DNA from: Phoronis australis
Taxonomy: Eukaryota > Animalia > Phoronida
Reading direction: 5' to 3'
Assembly: GCA_002633005.1 (NCBI GenBank)
Contig: NMRA01000093.1
Coordinates: 635,256 to 699,255, forward strand
DNA length: 64,000 nt
Position numbers and translations under genes: made by a program. The notes below the pieces were generated by a model that ran no database searches, had not been told where the DNA came from, and saw only the letters and a list, made by a program, of their open reading frames with translations. Below are positions 53,153 to 64,000 of this stretch, in pieces (position 1 is the first letter of the stretch; every line of letters begins with the position of its first letter).

Positions 53153-54363
53153 GTAACCAAGCTGCACATAGGTGTTACTGTAAGAAGATGATGATAATGA
53201 TATCTTGGCCATTTACATTCTAGAGATATTTTTAGTGCACTTGGCAACATAACCCAAGATGCCAGTTTTGTCATGTGCCAAGATTGAACAATGTTGGCTA
53301 TTGTCTACAGAGTTTGCTCACCTTGTAAACTTGAGGCGAGAGATGGTTGATTATAAATGGAATCAACTATAAAGCTCTCCTTGGCCCATGGTCTAATCTT
53401 TTGACTGGAAATCAAGCTCGAAATTATTTTTGACATTTTTTGTTCTATGTTGTCTTGTGTGAATAACTGTCTAATCCTATTTTGTACTTGATGACCCCAG
53501 CATTAAGGCCAAAATATTAAGTCTGCATTCAAGAAGAGAAAGAGTTGAGGCAGCGGAAACTAGAATTAGATATAATCACTTTTGTGCCCCATATGCCTGT
53601 TGAGACCATTGGGTGTGGTGTTAAATTTTAAACTACGGAAATTTGTCAGGCCTTACCTAAGAGAGATGGGAATACTGCCCCTCAAAGCGTAATTTGTGAG
53701 AGCCTTCATGGTGTAGTTGGAGAGATTAAAATGCTCGGGTACCAGAAGGGAGAAATGCTTTGTGACGGACTGTCTAGCATGTCCATTCATGTGAAGGTGG
53801 GGGAGGCCCTCCAATGTCACCTATATTCCATGCCTGGGGGCATTTAACAGTTGCTCATAAAATATGGGGACACAACTCATTATTTATAGTTTCCTTTCTC
53901 TTTCACTCTTGTCCTCACCCTTTCCTCTTCATTCCTACTTACCCATAAGGCCTTGCCTTGTCTCCATTTACCAACAGTCTTTCTACTCACTTGCAGTCTG
54001 CTTCATGAAAGGTGACTTGTATCTTAAGTTAGAACTTTGGTCTTACGCTCCTTCTCTCTTCAGAGTCACTGAATAAAGGTTTAGATGTATAGTTATCAAC
54101 ACATCACAGAAAACTGGCAGTTACGTGTGTATATTTCAGTTTTTTTGCTTAAAATGAGATTTGGTTATTTTTCAGGAATAGTTGTGTGAAGTGCAAGACT
54201 AAATTGCTGACTTGAGTGGTCGTTTTTCATTAAACAGGCCCCAAAAGAGAAATATGTATTTTAAGTATTTCCGGAAAATGATGGTGCACTTTATTTGTGT
54301 ATTAATTGTTTTAGGCATCTTCACTTACAGTGATAATCTTCATTTCAACACTCTCTCCTACAG

Positions 54364-54632
54364 TCACCATCATGAGGCTCCTGACGTTTTGTTGCTTGAT
54401 CCTAACACCAGAGGGCGTTCTCACAGTGACCCCGTAGAAGCTTCGTTCACCAATCACAGGGCCTCACTGCCAAGACAAGTGTGGGAAAATGGTGATTTGC
54501 AGCAGCAGCGGCAGCGAGATGATGTCTATCGACACAGTTTAAGTCACTCGTCTCAAGAATGTCCGCATCGTGCTAGAGCTCCTCCTGGTGGTGGTGATTT
54601 GTCCATCAGTCGAGTTGGACAGGAACTGCCTG
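54364..54632 (+). CDS. ALMS1: ALMS1-like exon
   Basis: ctctctcctacAG ... TG|GTATGG; 269 bp, phase 2 to 1. Confidence 0.85.
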
Positions 54633-54947
54633 GTATGGCTCATTTCATTTTTATGTGAAATAACATTTACATTTACTAAGCCTGAGCACTAGAATTCTGG
54701 TACATTGCTTTGCCAATATAGCTATTATCTCGTTGTCATGCCGATTGTTTGCGGCATTCTTGTTTGACTGCAAAGACATTGGCTATAACTCCTCGTGTCA
54801 AAGGGCAAGTAAACCTATTCAGTATGTAGTCATTACAGTACCATGATATTGTTTTTATTTGTGTATTTGTTGATTTTGTCCATTGTTCTTTTAAGTTGTC
54901 AGAATGAAACGAGTCCGTGACTTATTTTTACTGTTTAATTGATTCAG

Positions 54948-55086
54948 CTCAGCACGATTCCTTGCGGCGACACTCACCTGCCAATCATCCTGCAGAGCAC
55001 AGGGGCGTGGACACTCGACCCACCCCAAGCTATGTAGACACCAGTGTGGGGCACATTGCTGCTGACAGGGGAGCCACACCTTCTGA
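54948..55086 (+). CDS. ALMS1: ALMS1-like exon (AQHDSLRRHSP...ATPSE)
   Basis: tgattcAG ... GA|GTGAGT; 139 bp, phase 1 to 2; not in the ORF track. Confidence 0.82.
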
Positions 55087-55649
55087 GTGAGTTTACAGCC
55101 TCAGTGTACTCAGTGTCTTTTTTATAAATATGATGATTCTTATTCTATTCACCCACAAACTTTTGATCCAGAAATTAAACGACATGTAAGGCCCACAAGT
55201 AATATGCATAAAGAATGGGGGAAGAAATGATAATTTAATGCAAATGTATGGTAGTTGTTATGGGTGTCTGGTTGTTTGCACAACTGAGTATCATTGATTT
55301 TTACTTTTATTGCGCAATTACACCATTTATGCAGTTGTTTTTTTGGTTTAAAATATAGTAATATGATACTCTGGTTTTCCTGAGTATATTTTATTATTAA
55401 TTACCGTTCCTCTGCCAAAGTTAATTATGTATCTGTGCAGAGTTCCAAAAGGGTGCAGTTGATGTCTGTCATTTCACCGAGCAAACACTGTTGGAGATTT
55501 GAGGTCCAATACATGCAACCAAAACTGGCAGGAACTGTTACAAATATTAATTTAGTGGTGATCAGTCACCATTAATAATTACCATTAGATTTTGCTCTGC
55601 ATTTACTCAGTGATGTAAGAGAATATGGTTAAAAATCTGTTTCATACAG

Positions 55650-55766
55650 AGCAAGCCAGGATTCGTCGCACTCACGTGAGGAAAGTGAAGAAAAGTCCCG
55701 GACAACTTCACCAGCAGAAAACAGTGGACGACGGTCAAGTGAAATGGCCGGTCTGAGGCCGTACAA
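55650..55766 (+). CDS. ALMS1: ALMS1-like exon (…SEMAGLRPYK)
   Basis: tttcatacAG ... AA|GTATGT; 117 bp, phase 2 to 2. LRPYK resembles recalled human ALMS1 LLPYKPSGS. Confidence 0.85.
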
Positions 55767-56636
55767 GTATGTTTATCATTGAAATATTAGTACATGGCTA
55801 CATAATGTACTGTTATCTCATGGGAGAGAGATCATCTGAAAATTTGGAAGGACCTAATTGGAACGGAAACTGGAATTAAAGCGTTACTGCAAAAAATTCT
55901 TAGCTGACATTTTAATAGAATGACAAAATTGTCATCCAGAACACTGAAAAAGCTTTATTGAAGAAAGAGAAACGACATAAACTTGCTATGAGAATAATCT
56001 TGTTTTCGGATATATCTTTCTACTAAAGACACCTATGATAACAGTATTATCACTGTAGCACAATATAAAGTTCTACAAGGGTCTAGACAGAATAATAACT
56101 CCGTTATAACATTTTAAATCTGAACAAGTTTTCAAAATATCAGTAGGAAAAAAAACAGACAAAAATTACTATGATTATGGAGATCATGCAGCCATCCTTA
56201 TATATGTATATGTACATTTACTATATAATTAGGTTATGTATATGAAATATAATATTCTAAAATGTGCTTCAATTAGTTTTATGACTGTATACTTTACAAA
56301 GGTGGGAGTGTATCTTTACCCCCCCCCCACTNCACGATAAACCATGCAAACTGCAAAACATTGATGTGATGAGTGGCATTTTTGATGTCTCTTTTTTGAA
56401 TATGATTTAAAACTTAGAGTTATTGTTTTGAGGTAGCATACTGTGTTTCGGTGGGAATTTAAACTTTCAGAAAATAGTGGACACCATACAAGTTTTCACT
56501 TAAAAAATGCAGACTTTAAGCATTTGCTAAATGGCTTGGCAGTGCCGTTATGATATTGTTTTGTTTGTGACCACAGCAGCAAATTTGTGTGGTGCCATAA
56601 GTCATTTAGTGACCAAACCACTGCAATGCTTTTCAG

Positions 56637-56794
56637 GCTCCGACGATGCCGAAGGTCCTCCTATATCAGCACGCCATTTTGGCACGCGTCCAGATTCTGC
56701 ACGTATCGAGCTGGGAATTTATGGCAGCCGCATGAGAAAATCACCGAAGTCAAAAACATCCTATGCAGCTCCTCACCTCCGGACCATCAAAGAG
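56637..56794 (+). CDS. ALMS1: ALMS1-like exon (GSDDAEGPPISARHFGTRPDSARIELGIYGSR…)
   Basis: gcttttcAG ... GAG|GTAACG; 158 bp, phase 1 to 0. Resembles recalled human GSNDAIAPDFPAQVLGTRDD...EGIYSKR. Confidence 0.88.
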
Positions 56795-57198
56795 GTAACG
56801 TGATGAAGCATGTACTCCTATTGGTTAAGAACTGTTTTCAATGCTGCTTTTCTTTCTTCCTTCCTTTGGCATTATTATACGTCTGAAACAATATGACTGA
56901 TATGTCGACAGTAGTTGAATTTGTTGCAGTATAATGGTGCTGTGTATGGATAATTAATTTTAATTTTGAATTTCATTGTTTTGAGCACCAGCACAATAAG
57001 GCACGTCGTGGTGTAATTCAGTTGCCAGTAGGCTACAAGTCTGACTAATGATTTTGTTAGTCGATATGACAACGAACGACTTATTATTGCATCACAATCT
57101 TATTGTTGAATAATGTTGATGTCACAGGTTTGCTGGTTTTGTGTAAGTTCTAAAATCAGATTGGCGATTGAGAACTGATTAGTTTCATGTCTTGCCAG

Positions 57199-57336
57199 GG
57201 CGATGTTCGTAGAGAAATGGAGGACTTGGAGAGAACCCTGGAGAGGGCGCTTCACACGAGTGTGCAGAGATCGGCTGAGCTGTCTATGCCCCGTAGAGAC
57301 AGTGGTCTGAGGTCATCTGGTCCAACTAAGGATCTG
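57199..57336 (+). CDS. ALMS1: ALMS1-like exon
   Basis: tcttgccAG ... CTG|GTATGT; 138 bp, phase 0 to 0. Confidence 0.85.
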
Positions 57337-58144
57337 GTATGTAGGTCAGGAGGTTTTGTGACACAAATGTATGCATAAAGCAGGTGTTCTCCCACAAAGA
57401 TCTGTTTCCAGAGGGGCAAATAGTGAGTGCTATATAATTCGTTCTATCTGTTAGAGATGTTTCAATTATCTTCCTCAGGTTTTATGTGGTAATAAAAATC
57501 AGATTCGTCAATTATGGTTATTTTGATTTATAGCACAGATTGAAAATTGGTGAGGTGATGCAATGATGTCACCTAAAGTGCCTCGGGATACATCTCTCTT
57601 TTTTACCTCCAGCGCTATCTGATGCCAGGTTTGCGGTGCAGGTTTCAAAATTTGTTGGGTGCAAACCAGAACAAATTAATAAATACTATGGCCTTATCCC
57701 ATATGCTTCAGAGTCGAAAACAGCTTTCTTCAGAAGCATACTAATGTTCTTCCTTTGCTTGAATTTAAATTGGTTATACATAAAATGCCTGGAATTCCTG
57801 TGATGCCTGTACTGTTTGCGTAGCTGAAACTAACCTGCCGTGACAAGCAAACATTGTGAGCAGGGTTTGAAACCATTAGACACTTTAACTTTTTTCAAGT
57901 ATAGAAATCATGTCTGCTCCTGCTCCAAGTCAGAAACAAGACGAGGCCAATTTTATAACACTGAGTGGCCTAAATCAAAGAGGTTTTTTAACAGAATACA
58001 CGTGTTTATTGCCCTTTAATTCATTTTGAAGTCTGCTTACGAACTGCTTACGTTGTGCGCGTAATTATTGTTTATGACACACTTGCATTAGGAACTGCCT
58101 GTTTTGTGGTTTTTATTGTGTGATTATTGCCCTGTGTCTTGTAG

Positions 58145-58297
58145 TCTGGAATACGTCGACAATTTGAAGATAGTTCACGACACGCCTACCCCTCTCCCAA
58201 TGACGATGACCTCCGCAGCCGCCCTCCCAAATCATTCATAGAGTACCCGTCGAGCCTACGAAGCAAGGATAATTTCACTCCCCTAGTCCCTGATGAG
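58145..58297 (+). CDS. ALMS1: ALMS1-like exon (SGIRRQFEDSS...PLVPDE)
   Basis: tgtcttgtAG ... GAG|GTAAAA; 153 bp, phase 0 to 0; not in the ORF track. Confidence 0.83.
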
Positions 58298-58873
58298 GTA
58301 AAACAGTGCAGCGAAATTTTCTCATTTACATTTTGAGAAATCTTAATTTGGAATTGGGATTCTTCATTGGGAAGATTGAAAACAAAAAATATCGATCATG
58401 TTATTATGTATGCATAAAGTAGATGTGTTATAGGCTGCAGAAGGTCCCAAGCTGAAGCTGTGGTTAGGACAGGATATCTTTTGAACATGGTTAGGTTAAG
58501 TGACTGATGAGATATCCACTTTATGCAAGTATATGATACTGAAAATGCTACATTTGTCAAGCAGTAACAATTAGACAGCTATATATTTAATGCTGTGTAA
58601 ATTTAGTGCATGTCAGCAATGGGCTTGTGTAAAAATTTTGTATTTCTCAATCATGCTGTATAAGAAGCATTGTACCAAGCATTTCCCTTTTCAGTCCAAA
58701 ATCAACATTGTTGAGTGCTTAAATAATCGTCAATTGACCCCTTCAAGTGTTGAAAAAATTTTCCTGTAAAACATTGGTAAAATAGTGATTTTCTTCAATA
58801 CTGCTTGTATTGGAAATAATGTTTGTCAGGGAATGTAAATCTTTATCTTCTGAAATAGTCAAGAATATTTCAG

Positions 58874-59139
58874 GATGAAGGAAGCTCCCTCACTCACCAA
58901 AGATCATTGCCTGAGAGGAGGTCACCCCCACCGCGCCACCCTCCCCCTCACTCCACAGCGAGGTCTCCTCCTAAGTCACCCCCTTTGTCTGCCCTGCGAC
59001 CACCCACGCCTCCGCTGCCCTCTCCTCCAAAGTCAATTCTGAAATCACCTCAAAGGTCACCACCAAGGTCGCCACCGTTGTCACCAAGGTTAAGCAGTTT
59101 ACAACCTCTGTTAAAACCTAGCCATCAACAGCTTCCAAG
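58874..59139 (+). CDS. ALMS1: ALMS1-like Pro/Ser-rich exon (possible alternative donor after 59088)
   Basis: tatttcAG ... AG|GTGAGC; 266 bp, phase 0 to 2. Confidence 0.82.
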
Positions 59140-60036
59140 GTGAGCTTCAGAAAGATGTGGTAAACATTTCTGTCTTGCCAGTGAACTTTGCATTGTAAAT
59201 ACGATTCTGTCTTTGGTAGAAACTTTGTTCATCAATGTGATTATCAAGGCAAATCTCGGGTTGGAAAAGATTCCACGGCCATGTCAGCTACAATTCTTTT
59301 AATCCAGTTTCGTACCAGAAGATGCCAAACCTTCGGTACAAATCCTCAGAACCTGAAAGTGGAAATCTTGTAGAATTTGATTATTGACTTTAAATTTTAT
59401 CTGCCATTACTTGTGTTGCAGGTCTTTTTTTTAATAAAATATTGTAAAGGTGCAGCTAGAGTAAAACTATGATATCAATAATGTGTTGAACTTTCTTTCC
59501 GCTTAAATATTCAAGATTAAATCTCAAAAAGGTTCTTACAGTTTTCTGGATTCTGCCTTCATTTCTTTTCATCTAGTGTTTAAATCTTTTTCATAAAAAT
59601 CCTTTAAGTGCCAATTTTTGATAGCCTCTTACGCAAAGGTGGAACATTTTGAAAACAATTCCCAACTCTGTTTCGAAAAACAATGCATAAGCTATGGTAT
59701 TTAAAAGTTTCATTTGAGTCACGATCAAACTCGTGGCATGAATGTTGATCAGCTGGACAGGTGTGAATCTGCACAGCATAACTGAACCATAAAAAACTCT
59801 GTGATTTTCTGGCCTGTGTGATCCTCATTATTTTAAACATTAAGGAAATTCTGCTCCAAATACGTTTTTCACTGTCATAAATTGACTCTTGAGATTCGAT
59901 CATATGTGGCAAGGCAGTCAGTCTGTAACACATGGCATAACAGACTGTAGTGCTGGGTGCAATAACCAAGGACTCGACGTGTGATGTCATGTTAGATAAT
60001 CTATTGAATTCTGCACTGTTTATTTGTTGGTTGCAG

Positions 60037-61691
60037 GTCGTCATCTGCCGAGCCTCTGGTGGGTAGAGACTATGATGGCGCACACACACTGGACATGTTG
60101 AGAGATGCTCTACAGGACGACTCTGCCACCAGTCTCCCGCCAGACATTAATGACATGTGGGAGCGTTTCGATCGCATGTACCGGTCACGTGACCGCGACT
60201 CCGGGGAACGTGTGCTCCGCTTCTGCGACTTCGTGCGAAACCCTGTGCAGCACATCTTGCGCAATTTCAGTCAAGAGCGTGGTGCTCGCCTGAGGTCAGC
60301 CGAGCTGGAGCTTCAGAGGAACGAACGGCGCCGAGCCCGAGAGAAGGTGCGACGTGACGTGGAGAGTAGAAAGATGGAGGAAATGAGAGCAGCTGACAGC
60401 AGCATAGATTTGGAGATTTTAGCACAGCAGACGTCTGCTAAACAAAATGGCAAAGTGGAAATGAAAGCACAACCGGAGCTGAAAAAAGAGTCGCAACAGG
60501 AAGTTGGGAGTAAAGAGACTCGCTTTGTTTTGGCAGACCGTGAGAATGAGATTGAAAAAGAGGCTCGCCGCGTAATTGAGGAGTGTAGGAAGTTTAATCG
60601 TATGCACGGCGATGAATTGTTGTCACCCCCTCCAGCAGTAGAGTCTACACCCATTGATGGGCCTCCAAAATCAAAGTTGATCTCCGTTTTCAAAAAGGGT
60701 AGTGCTCAAACTGTGCCAGCAGAGGACGTCACTGTAGATTCCGTGAGCTCTAGCTTGACTGATGCCAGCTTGGATTCAGACAAACTTTACCGTGTGTTTG
60801 ACCGCAACCGCAAGCAAGACCCAAACTATTTGAGACTGCAGCGCCGTATTCAGAAGCAGAAAGAAAAACACGAACGCGAGAGACTGAAGCACGCCAAGAG
60901 GAAAGAGAAAGTTAAGAAATTGGAGGCTCTTTTGGCAGCCAAAAAACGCCGTGAAGTTGAGAGTATATCAAGTATTTCCACAACAAGCACAGTTGCATCT
61001 ACTGACTCTGGCACAAGTATAGATGGTGACTCCTTGGCAAAAACTCTTACACCAGTACCAGAAATGGATTCAACACTTGTAGGTGGAAATGTGTTGGCTC
61101 AGAAGAACACTAGTAATAATGCTATTGAGAGTAGTCGTAAAGGAAAGGTGGCAGCTGAAGAATGCAGCTCGACAGAGTCTGCCACTGATGGCAGCACTTG
61201 TGCTTGTTGCAGAAAATCAAGCAGGACTAAAGATGGTAAGAAGAAAAAGAAGGAAGTAACTGAGAAACCAATTGACGTTGTGTTCAAGAAGAACGCAGCC
61301 TATTATGAGTTCAAGAAGCCCACGCAGCCAGCACCCAAGTCAAGGACAAAGACTATTCGTCGTCATGCCACACCCGTGACCCCTGCCAAGGTCAGCAATA
61401 AGAAACGCGATGCCGCCGTTATGTATCCGTCACCGCTGGAGAAAACACCACCAAGAGAGTGCAAGAGAACAGAGAAAATAATCATGGTCTCTGAAGCAGT
61501 TCAGACAACACCACAGTTGGCTGGTGGAGGGGATGGTGACAACGGTCGTGGTTTCGTGTCTGTTCCTGTGTCACCGCCCAGGGTGGGCCCGGGAGCCGTA
61601 TTCCAAAAGGTTGCCCACAATGACGCTGCTATCAAACCAAAACCAAAAAGTAAAGAAAACAAACCTCCAGCAGGCTCTGCAGTTGGACCAG
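60037..61691 (+). CDS. ALMS1: ALMS1-like large exon (1655 bp), charged coiled-coil-like segments
   Basis: 554-aa ORF adjusted to tgttggttgcAG ... CAG|GTACTA; phase 2 to 1. Ends KENKPPAGSAVGP (cf. recalled human KKENVPNTCGP). Confidence 0.92.
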
Positions 61692-62636
61692 GTACTATTC
61701 TATGTGTTTGTTGTGATATTTAATATTTTAATCGTAGGTATTAAGACTGTTGGGCTGCAGCAAAAATATTATTTGTGTTTTATAGCATCATAATCTGCTG
61801 ACTCCAGTATGAGAAGGCACTGTACACACAAAGTGATGCAGTAACTTTTTGGAAAATTGAGAAAGCGACAGGTGTCATAGTGACGCAATTGTTTCCAGAA
61901 CATTTGAAAATTGTTAGATATCTGTTTGGTTTGGTGTGTCTGGCAGCCTATGATACTTTACCAGGGAATTTTGCAGCACCGACAACAGTGTCTTAGTACA
62001 AAGTTGTTTGTTTGTCATTCTTGGTGACGCAGTTTTTCTTGTCTCATCACGAGTGTAGTTCCCTGTACAGACATAAAAGAAATGCATTTCCATGTCTACA
62101 TTCAGTAATTCTGTAATGACTTCCCTTAAGTACAATGGATCCTTAATGTCATACCGGATAATAGATTGTGCCGGGGGTATTGTCATGAAATGTCGAAAAA
62201 CAAAATCATTTCCCATTAAATCCCTGCAAAATAACCCACATAATGTAATAATATATTGTCATACTCCCAGATATTGTCATTAAAAATAAGTAAAAATGAT
62301 TCTCACCGGTTTATTAGCATGTGCACCTTTGCTTTTCTTTCTAAAAACTAACCTAATTCATCTTAAATTCATTTGCCGAATAAGGTCTTGTTGCCAGGGG
62401 TAAAAGTCAACCATTTCCTGTTTACCTGTCTTAATCCGAGACTCTCCACCTAGCATGATTAGCCTGTAAGAGTGATTGCGATCACCGCCAAGTAGAAGCC
62501 TGCTTACCAGTAATGGAATATCCCACTTATTTTAATCTACGTCACAACCGAGGGTATAACATTAAAAGTGCTCTCCTGTATTGGCAATTTGGAGTCTAGC
62601 TTGTGGTTATTTTACTATGTACTATCTATTCCCCAG

Positions 62637-62893
62637 GTGGTTTAGCTTGGTACGTGCCAGCAGAAGAACCGAAGATCTGGAAACAGCCCCTGAAGCAAAG
62701 ACAATACAATGCACTAGCCACCGAGCCTTGGTATTCCTCCACCAGAAGGGGTAGACCAGTAGGGAGTGCCAGTGATACTGTGGTACCTGCTGACGATGGG
62801 CCTATGATCCTGCTTAGCAAGAGTGGCTCCAATGCAGCTTTGAAAACGTCCGACGGAGAAAATATCAAGTCGTCCCGGAAGTTGTCGTTACAG
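62637..62893 (+). CDS. ALMS1: ALMS1-like exon immediately before the ALMS motif (GGLAWYVPAEEPKIWKQPLKQRQ…KLSLQ)
   Basis: tattccccAG ... CAG|GTAGTG; 257 bp, phase 1 to 0. Resembles recalled human GISWFEPITKTRPWREPLREQ...RATLQ. The gene continues past the window. Confidence 0.9.
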
Positions 62894-63705
62894 GTAGTGT
62901 AACTTTTGTGAATACACACATTGAAGTATGTTTGTGAAGTGGTTGGTCATGTTAAAATATAATCAAGGTTTCTCTCTGTTTGGCTCGTTTCGTGGTCTTT
63001 ATGGTCAATGTTGGCGTTACAATCACCATAGCCTTGGTAAAATATTGTATGAATGTACAGCTTTGGAACGACGTGACTAGACAACTGGCCTGATGAAATC
63101 TGACTCAAAACTAATGTCATTAAAAGTTACTCTGTTCCTGGAGTAAACTAAGTTAGTTATTGATGCTAGAAAAATTGCCGTTCTTTTGCCTTTTGCTGCT
63201 CTTAAGTGGAGCATCAACAATTTTCTTCTCTGATTTATAATTCAATTGTTCTCCCACAAGCTTGTGTACATGTCATAGTAAATTATCAGAATTGGTTTCA
63301 TTTTGTTATAAGTTTTTATTAATTTAATTCCACCAAACTGAATTTCTGAACAAATTTTGCTTGGGCGAATATCACAAAAAATTTGGCAAATGGTGCCTGC
63401 ACATGTCACAAGCATACTACTGTTTTCAAATCTTCAACAGACACTTCTTTTTTTACAAAAGCCGAAAAATGCCACAAGAAATGATGTTTGTTGTTTTTCA
63501 CTTAACCGGTTGTAACGGACAAGGTGAGTTTTGGATGACTTCCAGATTTTCCATGCCCCTCCACTGGTCGTTGGCTCTACATGTCGATATATAAGTTTCA
63601 TGACAAAGTGATGAGCAGAATTGCCTAGGCGATGTCAAATTTCGAGGTCTCCTTAAAATTAATGCCCTTCGATTCGTAAATGTATTTGGACACTTGTCTC
63701 CTTGT

Positions 63706-64000
63706 AGCTAGCTGGCTGGCTACAGCCATCAATAAGTATAGCTATACTTATAGCTAGCTGGCTGGCTACAGCCATCAATAAGTATAGCTATACTTACAGC
63801 TGGCTGGCTACAGCCATCAATAAGTATAGCTATACTTATAGCTAGCTGGCTACAGCCATCAATAAGTATAGCTATACTTATAGCTAGCTGGCTACAGCCA
63901 TCAATAAGTATAGCTATACTTACAGCTGGCTGGCTACAGCCATCAATAAGTATAGCTATACTTATAGCTGGCTGGCTACAGCCATCAATAAGTATAGCTA
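63706..64000. repeat. 42-46-bp minisatellite, at least 7 units, each containing a palindrome; runs off the window
   Basis: Unit (GCTA/GCTG)n GCTACAGCCATCA ATAAGTATAGCTATACTTA(T/C)A. Confidence 0.95.

Noticed and set aside
63706-64000. Palindromic repeats suggestive of CRISPR
   Set aside because: The units are contiguous with no unique spacers; this is a minisatellite.

Overview
This is eukaryotic (metazoan, most likely marine-invertebrate) genomic DNA from a draft assembly: AT-rich, with spliceosomal GT-AG introns and N gaps. Two genes sit head-to-head around ~42.7-42.9 kb. (1) Minus strand: the first three coding exons (91, 56, 92 bp) of a dysferlin/myoferlin-type ferlin, encoding the N-terminal C2A domain. 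They are separated by ~17 kb and ~15.8 kb introns, and the gene continues left of the window. (2) Plus strand: an ALMS1-like centrosome/basal-body gene with about 14 phase-checked exons (~8.4 kb coding, ~2800 aa so far), including a 4.66-kb giant exon. It stops just before the C-terminal ALMS motif, and one exon appears to be missing at a single-N join (56332). The introns carry non-autonomous DNA transposons: a TA-flanked pogo/Tigger-like element with a decayed HIRAN-domain ORF, a nested foldback element with a 9-bp TSD, Helentron/HINE-like elements and small MITEs. There are also several minisatellites and two gap-flanking duplications that look like uncollapsed haplotypes. Most short ORFs in the supplied track are spurious. 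I found no rRNA, tRNA or CRISPR array. Homology calls come from recalled protein motifs, not database searches.
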